Shown here: piece after piece, positions 1 through 9,617 of the stretch
Layout of the letters: each line of letters opens with the position of its first letter
Numbering within the stretch: position 1 is the first letter of the stretch
NCBI GenBank assembly: GCA_041844915.1
Contig: JBGZBY010000087.1
Location: forward strand, 25,530-89,529
Origin: Eubacteriales bacterium
GTDB taxonomy: Bacteria > Bacillota > Clostridia > Lachnospirales > Vallitaleaceae
Reading direction: 5' to 3'
DNA: 64,000 bases
Notes under the pieces: model-generated
Database searches by the model: none
Told to the model about the DNA's origin: nothing
Seen by the model: only the letters and a program-made list of their open reading frames with translations
Program-made: the position numbers and the translations under genes

Positions 1-221
1 AGGAAGAAGCTGTGCTGCTGGCAGTTTGGGATAATGGGCCGGAGTTGGTATCGAAGGAGGATTTTTTTGGGAATAAAAGCGGTTATGGCATTCATAATGT
101 TAACAAGAGAATACAGCTGAAATATGGAGAGGATTATGGAATTTTCTTGAAAAATGATGAGAATGGAACAGAAGTAACCTTGAGAGTTGGCGTATTAACC
201 AAAAATATTGTTATTATCTAA
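1..221 (+). CDS. Sensor histidine kinase, C-terminal HATPase fragment (YesM/LytS-like); 5' end lies outside the window
   Basis: VWDNG (G1 box), GYGIHNVNKRIQLKYG and GTEV motifs typical of YesM-family kinases; lies directly upstream of a sugar ABC operon. Confidence 0.85.
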   Translation, partial: EEAVLLAVWDNGPELVSKEDFFGNKSGYGIHNVNKRIQLKYGEDYGIFLKNDENGTEVTLRVGVLTKNIVII

Positions 222-290
222 AAAAAATAGTATTTTTTCATAAAAAAATTTGTGGCATACTATGATTACAAATGAAGGGAGGATACTGTT

Positions 291-1547
291 ATGAAAAAAA
301 CAAGAATCATTGCAATTGTATTAGCGCTGCTGATGCTGGTCGGCTGTGGGAATACCGCAGGAGAAAAAAAGGGCACAGAGGCAAATGAGAAGGTAAAGGT
401 AAGGATGATGTACTGGAACAAGGAAGAAACGATGAAGGCATTCCTTGATCTGGCAAAGGAAAAATTGCCGAATATTGACATTGAGTTTAATTTTGTGGCA
501 GTTGGTCAGTTTGACGGAACCCTGGAAACTCAATTGCAGGCGGGAGAAGGGCCTGATATTATTCCGGCGGGAGAGAAGGAAACCTATATTAAAGCTGGAT
601 ATTTAGTAGACCTGACAGATCAGGACTTTATCAAGAACTATTCCAAGGCCTCGCTGGCTGCGATTGCACATGAAGGAAAGGTGTACGGTGTGCCGGGAAT
701 TTCTTGGTATGAAGGAATCTTCTATAACAAAGAAATTTTTGAGGCAAATGGGATTGAGATTCCCAAGACCTTTGATGAAATGATGGCAATTCATAAAAAA
801 TTAAAGGATGCCGGCATCAATCCACAGGCTTGGGGCGCGAAATCGTGGGAGCCGTTAGCAAAGAGTCCGCTGGGATTGGCGATAGTGGATTATTTGCAGA
901 CAGAAGAAGGCAGGAGCTTTGACGGTCTTATTCGCGATGGAGAAGGGAAGTTTAGCGGTTCTAAGCTGCAAGGGATTTTTGAAACTTGGACGCAGTATAT
1001 GAAAGACGGATATATTACACCCGATATGCTTCAAATTGACTATGATACGGCATTGAAGGAATTTGCGACAGGTAAGGCTGCAATGTGGGAAAGCGGTCCT
1101 TGGTCGGTAAATGCAATTTTGGAAACCAATCCGGACTTGAAGTTTGATATGATGCCCTTTGTAGGAACCAAGGAGGGCAATGAATACCTGATTGGCGGTC
1201 CGGGAGTTACTTATGGAGTGAACGCCAATTCTGATAAAAAAGACGCGGCGATGGAAGTCATTAAGCTGATGGCGACGCCGGAAGGACAAAAAGCGTTGTG
1301 CGCAGGTTCGCCCGGAAGCGGTTCTTTTTATGAGGGCGCAGGAATCGAGCTGCCGGAGCAGTTTGCAGGCGTAAAAAATGTTTTGGATAAAGGAAGCGTA
1401 TACTGCCCATGGTTTGTATGGAAAAATACATGCAATGAAACGCTTGGCAAAGGCATGCAAGAGGTTCTTCAGGGGAATATGACGGTTGAGCAAGTGCTCC
1501 AGAGCATGGACCAAAAGGTAGAAGAACAGAAAATGCAGAAGCAATAG
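291..1547 (+). CDS. Carbohydrate ABC transporter substrate-binding lipoprotein
   Basis: SD GGAGG, lipobox LVGC, SBP motifs (GEGPDI, GIFYNKEIF, FATGKAAM), followed by two permeases. Confidence 0.92.
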   Translation: MKKTRIIAIVLALLMLVGCGNTAGEKKGTEANEKVKVRMMYWNKEETMKAFLDLAKEKLPNIDIEFNFVAVGQFDGTLETQLQAGEGPDIIPAGEKETYIKAGYLVDLTDQDFIKNYSKASLAAIAHEGKVYGVPGISWYEGIFYNKEIFEANGIEIPKTFDEMMAIHKKLKDAGINPQAWGAKSWEPLAKSPLGLAIVDYLQTEEGRSFDGLIRDGEGKFSGSKLQGIFETWTQYMKDGYITPDMLQIDYDTALKEFATGKAAMWESGPWSVNAILETNPDLKFDMMPFVGTKEGNEYLIGGPGVTYGVNANSDKKDAAMEVIKLMATPEGQKALCAGSPGSGSFYEGAGIELPEQFAGVKNVLDKGSVYCPWFVWKNTCNETLGKGMQEVLQGNMTVEQVLQSMDQKVEEQKMQKQ

Positions 1548-1574
1548 GCAGGAAAAAGGAAAATGTAGACTTTG

Positions 1575-1603
1575 CCCCGGGACAGGCTTCCGGGGTATTT
1601 CTT
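1575..1603 (+). terminator. Stem-loop after the SBP gene (terminator or mRNA stabiliser)
   Basis: GCCCCGG...CCGGGGT hairpin followed by ATTTCTTT. Confidence 0.5.
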
Positions 1604-1708
1604 TACTTATCGCAAGGAAGCGAGTCGTGTCTGCAATAAAGCTGTACGAAGCATTTAGAAAGAGATACGATGGATTTTCTTATGAACGGAAGACGAGGAG
1701 CTGTAGAC

Positions 1709-2608
1709 ATGAAATTGAAAAAAAAATATAGACAAATAAAACAGACCTTTCAGTATCAATCCTTGTTGGTGCCGGCATTGGTTTTGTATATTCTTTTTGT
1801 CGCCATACCATTTTTTACTACCTTTTTCTTTAGCATTACCAATTATAATCGTTATCATCCGGTAGATTATGTTGTGGTAGGATTTAGAAATTATGCGCAG
1901 GTATTTCAGATGGATATGCTGAAGGTAGCAATGCTCAATTCTATAAAGTATGCTATTTTTATGACTTTTTTTCAGTCGTTGATTGCTATTCCGCTGGCGG
2001 TGATTTTAAATAGAAAGCTTATTGGAAAAAATTTTTTTCGGGCGGCCTTCTTTTTACCGGCAATGTTTTCGCCTCTGGTTATGGGATTTTTATGGCAGGT
2101 TATGATGGGACCGAAGGAAACGGGACTGATTAATCAGTTCCTTATGAAGCTGGGCCTAGAATCCTTTGGATTTTTAAGCAGTCAGCACGGATTAAATTCT
2201 ATTATTGTTACGCAGGTATGGCAGTGGGTAGGCTGGGCGGTTGTTATCTATCTGGCAAATCTTCAAACAATTCCGGAGGATATGATTCAGGCTGCAAAAA
2301 TTGATGGAGCAAATAAGCTTCAGATTTTTGCAAAAATTACACTGCCGCTTTTGTACCCGGGAGTTACAGTGGTTCTGGTCAGCTCTTTGGTAGGCGGCTT
2401 GAAGGTTTATGATATTGTGCAGTCTATGACCGGAGGCGGTCCGGGATATGCGACGGAAACCATTATCAGCGCGATGATTAAGGTGGGCTTTACAGAGGGA
2501 AATTATAGTTTGGCGGCGGCGTTTGGCGTTGTCTTTTTCCTGCTGGTTATGGCATTTACCGTCGGCTTGCTGAGTATTCTGAAAAAGTGGGAAAAGGGAG
2601 TGGCGTAA
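1709..2608 (+). CDS. Carbohydrate ABC transporter permease (MalF/UgpA-like)
   Basis: Multiple TM segments, EAA loop 'QAAKIDGAN'; start moved to ATG 1709 after SD GAGGAG. Confidence 0.92.
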   Translation: MKLKKKYRQIKQTFQYQSLLVPALVLYILFVAIPFFTTFFFSITNYNRYHPVDYVVVGFRNYAQVFQMDMLKVAMLNSIKYAIFMTFFQSLIAIPLAVILNRKLIGKNFFRAAFFLPAMFSPLVMGFLWQVMMGPKETGLINQFLMKLGLESFGFLSSQHGLNSIIVTQVWQWVGWAVVIYLANLQTIPEDMIQAAKIDGANKLQIFAKITLPLLYPGVTVVLVSSLVGGLKVYDIVQSMTGGGPGYATETIISAMIKVGFTEGNYSLAAAFGVVFFLLVMAFTVGLLSILKKWEKGVA

Positions 2609-2609
2609 A

Positions 2610-3440
2610 ATGAAAAAAGAAATTTTAGAAAATCGTGTGCTGACGGGACTGGTTTTTTTGCTGGTAGTATTTTGGATGATTCCGGTTTATTATTTAGTAG
2701 TTTCCACCTTTAAGACAGGAGCGATGGTGGCGGCGGATCCCCTAGGCCTGCCGAAAAGCCTTGATTTTTCCGGCTATGGAAAAGCCTTTTACGACATGGA
2801 GTTTCCGAGAGCGCTGGCAAATACTTTGTTTATTGCGGGAATGAGCGTAGCTGTCAACTTGATAGTCAGCACCTTGGCGGCCTACACGCTGGCAAGGCGG
2901 CAAAGTAAAATCAACTCCGCTATATATATGTTTTTTCTGATAGGCATGATGGTTCCTGTGCAGATGGGACTTTCGGGGCTTTATCGTATTATGAGCACTT
3001 TAAAACTGGTCAATAATCCGTTTTCTGTGGTGTTGATCAATGCAGCGGGAAGCACGATTAGTTCTATTTTTTTAATCAAATCCTTTATTTCCTCGGCGAT
3101 TCCAGTGGAGATTGAAGAAGCAGCAAGAATTGACGGCTGCGGCGTTTACGCTATGCTGCTTCGGATTGTCATGCCTTTGTTAAAGCCGGTTCTTGCGACA
3201 GTAAGCATTATGGTTATGCTGGGAACATGGAATGATTATCTAAATCCCTCTCTTTTTCTTCACAGCAGAGAAAAAAATGTGATTTTGCAGGAGGTTTATC
3301 GCAATGTGGGGCAGTTTTCCACGGATTGGGCAAGCTTGTTTCCTATGCTGATATTGGGGATTTTGCCATTAACCCTTATTTATATTGGTTTGCAAAAATT
3401 TATTATTAGCGGTGTTACACAGGGAGCGGTAAAAGGCTGA
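2610..3440 (+). CDS. Carbohydrate ABC transporter permease (MalG/UgpE-like)
   Basis: EEAARIDGC EAA motif, WNDY, C-terminal QKFIISGVTQGAVKG. Confidence 0.93.
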   Translation: MKKEILENRVLTGLVFLLVVFWMIPVYYLVVSTFKTGAMVAADPLGLPKSLDFSGYGKAFYDMEFPRALANTLFIAGMSVAVNLIVSTLAAYTLARRQSKINSAIYMFFLIGMMVPVQMGLSGLYRIMSTLKLVNNPFSVVLINAAGSTISSIFLIKSFISSAIPVEIEEAARIDGCGVYAMLLRIVMPLLKPVLATVSIMVMLGTWNDYLNPSLFLHSREKNVILQEVYRNVGQFSTDWASLFPMLILGILPLTLIYIGLQKFIISGVTQGAVKG

Positions 3441-3606
3441 AATACAAGGCGGACAGCAAAAATAAAAATGCTCTGCATTAATCTGATGTAAATTCCTTAT
3501 CAGAAGGAGAGGATCGAAGGATTGTAAAATCCGTCAGATGCCGCGAAGGTGCTTGCAGGGGAAGGTAGAAAGAAGGCTCTAAAACAAAATGTCGGGATTT
3601 TTTAAA

Positions 3607-5595
3607 TTAAATTAATTCGTCCAATTCCTCATAATATTCTAAGAGCGTTTCTTCTAGGCTCTCTTTTTGACTAGAAATTTCATGAGCCTTTTCATAATCG
3701 GTGAAAACATCTTCGCTGGCAAGGAGCAGATCCAGCTCGGAAATTCGCTGCTCGGTTCTGTCAATCATTTCCTCCAGCTTTTTCTGGCGGCTTAGCCGTT
3801 TTTGGCTGCGGGCTTTTTCTTCCTTTTCAAGGAGCCAATCTTTTTTGGAGCTGCTGATTGCCTCTGAAGCTTTTTCAGCGGCAGGGGCAATTCGATTGGA
3901 GGGAGCCAAATCCAAAAAACTGGCTGGTCTTGCCGGAGAGGCAGCGAGCGGCTCGATTGGCTCGATTGGCGTCAGCCCTTGCAATTGGCGCTTTTTTTCC
4001 ACAAAGTCGTCGTAATTGCCCAGATATTCGGTCAGACCATAATTTTCCAGTTCAACTACTTTGGTGGCAATGCGGTTGATGAAATAGCGGTCGTGCGAGA
4101 TAAAAAAGAGCGTTCCGCTATAATGACTAAGCGCGTTTTCCAAAACTTCGCGGCTGACTAGATCAAGGTGGTTGGTCGGCTCGTCCAGCAGCAGGAAATT
4201 TCCCTCGGTTAGCATCATTTTAGCAAGCGATAAGCGTCCCTTTTCTCCGCCGGAAAGGGAGCTGATCTTTTGAAATACGTCGTCGCCGGTAAATAAGAAA
4301 GCAGCAAGCAAGCTACGAATTTCCGTATTGGTCATTTTGGGAAATTGATCGGAAATTTCTTCAAACAGGCTATTGTGCATGTTTAGATTGCTATGCTCCT
4401 GATCATAGCAACTGACTTCCACATTTTTCCCCAAACGCACGGTGCCGCTGTCAGGGGCGACCTCATTTTGCAGGATTCGGAACAGCGTGGTTTTTCCGCT
4501 GCCGTTTTCTCCAACCAGTGCAACTCGTTCTCCTTTAAAGATTTGATAATTCAGATTCCGAAACAAGGTCAACTCACCGAAGGCTTTGCTGATATTTTCC
4601 AGATCCAGGACGTCATTGCCGGATTCTTTTTTGGGGGAAAGGGAAAAATGCATAGCGTCATTGGCGCTTAAAGGCTTTTCTATTCGCTCTATTTTGCTGA
4701 GAAGCTTTTCGCGGCTTTCGGCGCGGCGCACAAATTTTTCACGGTTGCGGGCGCGCAGGGTGTCGATAATATTTTGTTGACGCGTTAGTTCCTTTTGCTG
4801 GTTGAGATAGGCTTTTTCTGCCAGCTCTCGGCGAATTTCTCGTTGCTCAAGGTAATAGGAATAATTCCCTTCATAAAAATCCAGCTTGCCAAAGGACAGC
4901 TCAAAGACCCGATTGACGACCTTATCCAGAAAGTAGCGGTCATGGCTGATGATAAAAAGTGCGCCTTGATATTCGGCTAAAAAGCTTTCCAGCCAAGTAA
5001 TTGCCTTTAAGTCCAAATGGTTGGTCGGCTCGTCCAAGAGCAGCAGATCAGGCTTTTGCAAAAGCAGCTTTGCCAGTGCCAGTCTTGTTTTTTGGCCGCC
5101 GGATAAGGTCGATACGGGCTGCTCAAAGCGCGACTCCTCGAAGCCCAGACCATGCAGGATACCATGGACAAAGCTTTTATAGCCGTATCCGTTCAATTGC
5201 TCAAAGCGGTGATGAAGGCCATCGTATTCCTGAATTAGCTGTAATTGCTGCACTTCGGTGTTCTCCGGAGCAGCCATTTGCGCATTTACCTGGGATAGCC
5301 TTTTTTCCAGAGTGACAATCTCAGTATTGGCTGAATAAATTTCATCGTAGAGGCTCTTGGCGGATTCAAATTCCGCGCTTTGCGCCAAATAGCCCAGACG
5401 GAGATCGGCTTTTTTGTAGATTTGGCCGCTTCCGGCAGAAAGCTCGTCGGTTAAAATTTTAAACAAGGTTGTTTTGCCGGCCCCGTTATTGCCGATTAGG
5501 GCAATTTTTTCATTTTCATTGATATGAAAGGCCAGATCTTTAATAATAAATTCTTCAATATAAGCAAAGGACAAATCCTTAACAGACAGTAGCAT
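3607..5595 (-). CDS. ABC-F family ribosome-associated ATPase
   Basis: Two ABC cassettes (GNNGAGKTT/LSGGQ/LDEPTNHLD; GENGSGKTT/LSGGE), no TM segments, inter-domain linker, coiled-coil C-terminus. Confidence 0.93.
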   Translation of the reverse strand: MLLSVKDLSFAYIEEFIIKDLAFHINENEKIALIGNNGAGKTTLFKILTDELSAGSGQIYKKADLRLGYLAQSAEFESAKSLYDEIYSANTEIVTLEKRLSQVNAQMAAPENTEVQQLQLIQEYDGLHHRFEQLNGYGYKSFVHGILHGLGFEESRFEQPVSTLSGGQKTRLALAKLLLQKPDLLLLDEPTNHLDLKAITWLESFLAEYQGALFIISHDRYFLDKVVNRVFELSFGKLDFYEGNYSYYLEQREIRRELAEKAYLNQQKELTRQQNIIDTLRARNREKFVRRAESREKLLSKIERIEKPLSANDAMHFSLSPKKESGNDVLDLENISKAFGELTLFRNLNYQIFKGERVALVGENGSGKTTLFRILQNEVAPDSGTVRLGKNVEVSCYDQEHSNLNMHNSLFEEISDQFPKMTNTEIRSLLAAFLFTGDDVFQKISSLSGGEKGRLSLAKMMLTEGNFLLLDEPTNHLDLVSREVLENALSHYSGTLFFISHDRYFINRIATKVVELENYGLTEYLGNYDDFVEKKRQLQGLTPIEPIEPLAASPARPASFLDLAPSNRIAPAAEKASEAISSSKKDWLLEKEEKARSQKRLSRQKKLEEMIDRTEQRISELDLLLASEDVFTDYEKAHEISSQKESLEETLLEYYEELDELI

Positions 5596-5843
5596 AATAA
5601 GCCCCTCCTGCGGACAAATTTTTATGATTTTTCATGGTCTTTTCCTGCTGGTTGAGATTTTCTGGTGCAGGGCTTCGCATGGATATAGTCCATGCCTTGT
5701 CATAAACAGAAGCGGCGCTTCTCGAAAAAATTTTTCGCTTTTTTCAGTGGCTTCTGTTTTGAACGATAGCGGGGAATCTGCATATAAGCGGCTGCAGCCG
5801 GTATTTTAATTTTTTCCGGACAAATAGTCCCTTTGTCTTTGCC

Positions 5844-5872
5844 ATTATAAACTAAAAGTCTAGGCTTAGCAA
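5844..5872 (-). promoter_or_regulatory. Sigma-A promoter for the ABC-F gene
   Basis: Minus strand TTGCTA-17 bp-TATAAT. Confidence 0.6.
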
Positions 5873-6261
5873 CGAGAAAGTTTAAAAAATTAAATTCCGA
5901 TAGGGCAGGGAAGTAAAAGAACAAGGCCTTAAGGAAGGTAAGAGCAGAGATAAATACAGCCGGAGGCGATTGAAAATGCTCAGGAAAGTGGCATTGGCCA
6001 AAGAGATGACGGAAAGCGGAGGAATGCAAGGGAGAAGCATAATTATAAGAAAATACCAGGAGGCTATCGACAAGCAGTAAAAATGTGAGTATAATAGATT
6101 CGGTGCTAAAATGAGAGAAAGCATGGAAATGAAGATGGCAAGCAGAAGTAAGGGAGAGCAATCAGGCGGAAAGGATAAAGAAGCGGCGTATATGATGGCA
6201 ATGGGGTAGCAGGGCCGCATAAATCACAGCAAGCACATTCAAGTCATGAAAAGGAGGATTT

Positions 6262-7134
6262 ATGATTTATCAAATTAAAAATGAGGAACTGCAAATTGAC
6301 GTTCATTCCCTAGGAGCAGAGCTTTGGTCGATTAAGGACAGAGCCGGGAAGGAATATCTGTGGCAGGGTGATGAAAACACATGGAAGAATCGGGCGACCA
6401 ATCTTTTCCCAACTTGTGGGAGGATGACGAACGGAATATATACTTATCAGGGTAGGGAATACGAAATGGAAATACATGGCTTTGCCAAAGAAAAGGAATT
6501 TGAAGTGGTGGAGCAGTGTGAGAATAAGCTGGTACTGGCAATTACCGAGGATGAATCGACCTATTCCCGTTATCCCTTCCGCTTTCGTTTTTTGGTTGGC
6601 TTTGAATTGGTTGGCAGAACAATCAAACAAAGCTACATGGTAGAAAACAAGGATGATAAAATTATGTACTTTGCTGTCGGCGGGCATCCAGGTTTTCAGA
6701 TTCCGATTGAGGACGGACTTTGTTTTGAGGACTATGAAATCCTTTTTGAAAGACCGGAGATTCCGCAGATATTGCTATCGCCAGAATATTTTATGACAGA
6801 AGAGAAAGTACCTTGTCCAGCGATTAAAAATGGGAAAATGTCGCTGCGCCATGAATTGTTTGATAGAGATGCTTTGATCTTAAATGAGATGGGCAAAGAA
6901 GTTGTTATTCAAAGCGAGAAGGCGAAAAAGAAAATACGAGTATCCTTTCCCGATATGAGATATCTGGCAATCTGGCATCGCCCGCATACTAAAGCGGCGT
7001 TTGTGTGTGTTGAGCCATGGACAAGCCTGCCTGCTCGCCAAGGAGTGATTGAGGATTTAGAGAAAAAAGAAGATATGGTAGCATTACCTGCCGGCGGGTT
7101 TTATAAAAATCGATGGGAGATTGAACTTTTGTAG
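6262..7134 (+). CDS. Aldose 1-epimerase family protein (LacX-like)
   Basis: GAELWSI, EYLWQGD, HGFA, GGHPGF and FVCVEPW motifs. Confidence 0.9.
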   Translation: MIYQIKNEELQIDVHSLGAELWSIKDRAGKEYLWQGDENTWKNRATNLFPTCGRMTNGIYTYQGREYEMEIHGFAKEKEFEVVEQCENKLVLAITEDESTYSRYPFRFRFLVGFELVGRTIKQSYMVENKDDKIMYFAVGGHPGFQIPIEDGLCFEDYEILFERPEIPQILLSPEYFMTEEKVPCPAIKNGKMSLRHELFDRDALILNEMGKEVVIQSEKAKKKIRVSFPDMRYLAIWHRPHTKAAFVCVEPWTSLPARQGVIEDLEKKEDMVALPAGGFYKNRWEIELL

Positions 7135-7162
7135 AAAATGACTGAAGGCGTAAACCTTAAAA

Positions 7163-7206
7163 AGCCAAAATCGGACAGCCTCGGAAACGACTGTCCGATT
7201 TTGGCT
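7163..7206 (+). terminator. Inverted repeat/terminator after the lacX-like gene
   Basis: AGCCAAAATCGGACAG...CTGTCCGATTTTGGCT 16-bp arms. Confidence 0.65.
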
Positions 7207-7237
7207 GTTAGCAGAGAAGAAGCTTTGGCGATACAAT

Positions 7238-7266
7238 TTGACTTATGAGCTTTTTTGTATTATAAT
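7238..7266 (+). promoter_or_regulatory. Sigma-A promoter of the 5'-nucleotidase gene
   Basis: TTGACT-17 bp-TATAAT. Confidence 0.7.
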
Positions 7267-7421
7267 AAAGCTGTCACAGGTGATTCCGATATATGCCCCC
7301 AGCAGGAGGTTTGTTTTTATGATAAAAACGGACAGCTCAGCAGAAATGACGAAGAGATAGAGAGTCGTTTTATAGGGATATAGCGGGATTTTTTTTGAGC
7401 ACTATTTTAGGAGGTGTTTCC

Positions 7422-9560
7422 ATGAGGAGGAAATATGTAGCATTGTTTATGGCTCTGGTTTTGCTACTATCAGCGCCGAGCTTGGTTTTGGCGGCGGAAA
7501 AGGATGCCGTAAACAGCTTACAGGAATTGAAACTGCTGGATAAGGAAGGGAATACGGAAGAAAAGCTGTCAGCGCAGCTTTCACGGGCAGAAGGCCTGAC
7601 GATGGTTTTAAAGGCCATTGGCTACTCGCAGACAGAAGCCGAAAAAGAAGAATATGTTAAGCTCAGTACCTTTAAGGATGTACCGGAATGGTTTAAGGGC
7701 TATGCCGGACTGGGAAAAGCTTTGAATATTACGACAGGCAAGAATGAGGAGGTATTTGATCCGGAGGCGAAGCTGACTTGTCATGATTTTATCACCTTCC
7801 TGCTGCGGGCGCTAAAGCATAATGCTGCGAAGGCTTGGGAATCGGCGGATAGCTTAGCCAAAGAATTTGGCTTAATAGCGGCAGATACTGATATTGAAGC
7901 GCCGATCACCAAAAAAGAAGCAGCGGCGATCGTACTGAATGCGCTGAATGCCCCAATGCAGGCAGGAGTCGCCAATCAGACCCTGGGACAATTTCTGATC
8001 TATCGCGGCGTGATTGCCAAGGAAAAGGCCAAAGAATTAGGCTTGAAGGAATTGGCTCAAGCGGCGGATAAAGTGGATATTCTTTATTTTAATGACTTTC
8101 ATGGTAATATTAAAGAGGAAATTACTGGTCGCAAGCGGAATATTGGCATGAGCAAAATGGTTGGTTTTGTGAATGAGTATATAGCGCAAAATCCCAATTC
8201 TTTTGTATTATCTGGTGGCGATAACTATCAGGGAACCGCAGAGTCGAATTTGACTTATGGCAAGCCAGTCAGCGCTATGATGAAGGGGATGAACGTATTA
8301 GCGTCGGCAGTAGGAAATCATGAATTTGACTGGGGCTCTGAGAGGATCCCGAAATGGGCGGAGGAAGGTAATTTTAAGTATGTTGCCAGTAACATTATTG
8401 ATGATAAAACAGGTAAACCGGCAGCTTGGACAATGCCATATATGATCGTGGAAAAGGCGGGAATTAAAATTGCCTTGATTGGCTTGGCGCATCCCGATAC
8501 TCCATCGTTAGTAAGCAAAGGAGCAACAGCCGGCTATACTTTCTCTGATCCAGTGAAAGCGGCGCAGGAATGGGTTGATTATTTGAAAGCGGGCAAAGCC
8601 AAAGAAGGAAAGCCGGATGTAATCATTGCCCTTACTCATATTGATTCGGATCAGGACAGCAAGACCAAAGAAATTACGGGAAATGCAGCGGATTTAGCAA
8701 ACAAAGTCAAGGGTCTTGACGGCATTTTATCGGCGCATAGTCATCGTCCGGTTTCTGGCAAGGTAAACGGAGTTGAAATCATGCAGGCATACTGCTACGG
8801 CAGAACAGTTGGTATCATGACCGTAGAAAAGAAGGACGGAAAATTTGTGATTAGCTCTAAATTAAATCAGGGAGCTGACATCAAAGATGTTATCTTAAAG
8901 GATAGCGACACTGAAAAATTTTATGCAGAGCTGCAAAAAGAAATCGAGCCGATTACCAAGGAAGTTATTGGCCAGGCTGGCGAAGCCTTTACCCATAATC
9001 GTGGGGATAAAGGAACCAATACATTATTAGGCAGATGGGCATGTGAAGTCATGGCAGAGAGGACAGGAGCGCAGATTGCCATTCAAAATGGCGGAGGATT
9101 GCGCAGAACCTTGGAAAAGGGTGATATTACGATGGGTGATTTATATGAGGTTATGCCATTTGACAATTATCTGGTAGTGATGGATCTACCGGGGGAAGAT
9201 ATCAAAAAGGCAATTGATCATGGTATTATTAATCCCAATATTACGGATGGCTCGTTTAGTGGATTGATAGTAGAATTTGACTCATCCAAAGAATTTGAAA
9301 ACAGAATCACTAAAATTACTTTGTCCGACGGTACTCCGTTGGATATGAAGAAAACCTATCGTGTGGTTACCAATGACTTTATTTTTACCGGTGGTGATAA
9401 TTATAACTTCAAAAATGCAACCAATGTGGACGAAACCTATGTTCCGGTCAGAGATGTTTTTGTAGAAGTAATTAAAAAGGCGAAAACAATTACTCCTAAG
9501 AAGATTGATTATATTAAAGATATAAAAAATTCGACCATGGAGATGAAGCCGGCAGCATAA
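7422..9560 (+). CDS. Secreted SLH-like-domain 5'-nucleotidase / metallophosphoesterase
   Basis: Signal peptide, SLH-like N-terminus (FKDVPEW), calcineurin-like motifs NDFHG, GGDNYQG, GNHEFD, SAHSH and 5_nucleotid_C motif NGGGLR; SD AGGAGG before ATG 7422. Confidence 0.9.
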   Translation: MRRKYVALFMALVLLLSAPSLVLAAEKDAVNSLQELKLLDKEGNTEEKLSAQLSRAEGLTMVLKAIGYSQTEAEKEEYVKLSTFKDVPEWFKGYAGLGKALNITTGKNEEVFDPEAKLTCHDFITFLLRALKHNAAKAWESADSLAKEFGLIAADTDIEAPITKKEAAAIVLNALNAPMQAGVANQTLGQFLIYRGVIAKEKAKELGLKELAQAADKVDILYFNDFHGNIKEEITGRKRNIGMSKMVGFVNEYIAQNPNSFVLSGGDNYQGTAESNLTYGKPVSAMMKGMNVLASAVGNHEFDWGSERIPKWAEEGNFKYVASNIIDDKTGKPAAWTMPYMIVEKAGIKIALIGLAHPDTPSLVSKGATAGYTFSDPVKAAQEWVDYLKAGKAKEGKPDVIIALTHIDSDQDSKTKEITGNAADLANKVKGLDGILSAHSHRPVSGKVNGVEIMQAYCYGRTVGIMTVEKKDGKFVISSKLNQGADIKDVILKDSDTEKFYAELQKEIEPITKEVIGQAGEAFTHNRGDKGTNTLLGRWACEVMAERTGAQIAIQNGGGLRRTLEKGDITMGDLYEVMPFDNYLVVMDLPGEDIKKAIDHGIINPNITDGSFSGLIVEFDSSKEFENRITKITLSDGTPLDMKKTYRVVTNDFIFTGGDNYNFKNATNVDETYVPVRDVFVEVIKKAKTITPKKIDYIKDIKNSTMEMKPAA

Positions 9561-9617
9561 AAATGAAAATGCGAGGAAGGTCAAGCGATCTTCCTCGCAT
9601 TTATGAAGGAGATTATT

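Noticed and set aside
5700-6220. Minus-strand ORFs of 153 aa and 112 aa between the ABC-F gene and lacX
   Set aside because: Leu/Phe/Ser-rich products of a purine-skewed intergenic tract; no SD and no recognisable motifs
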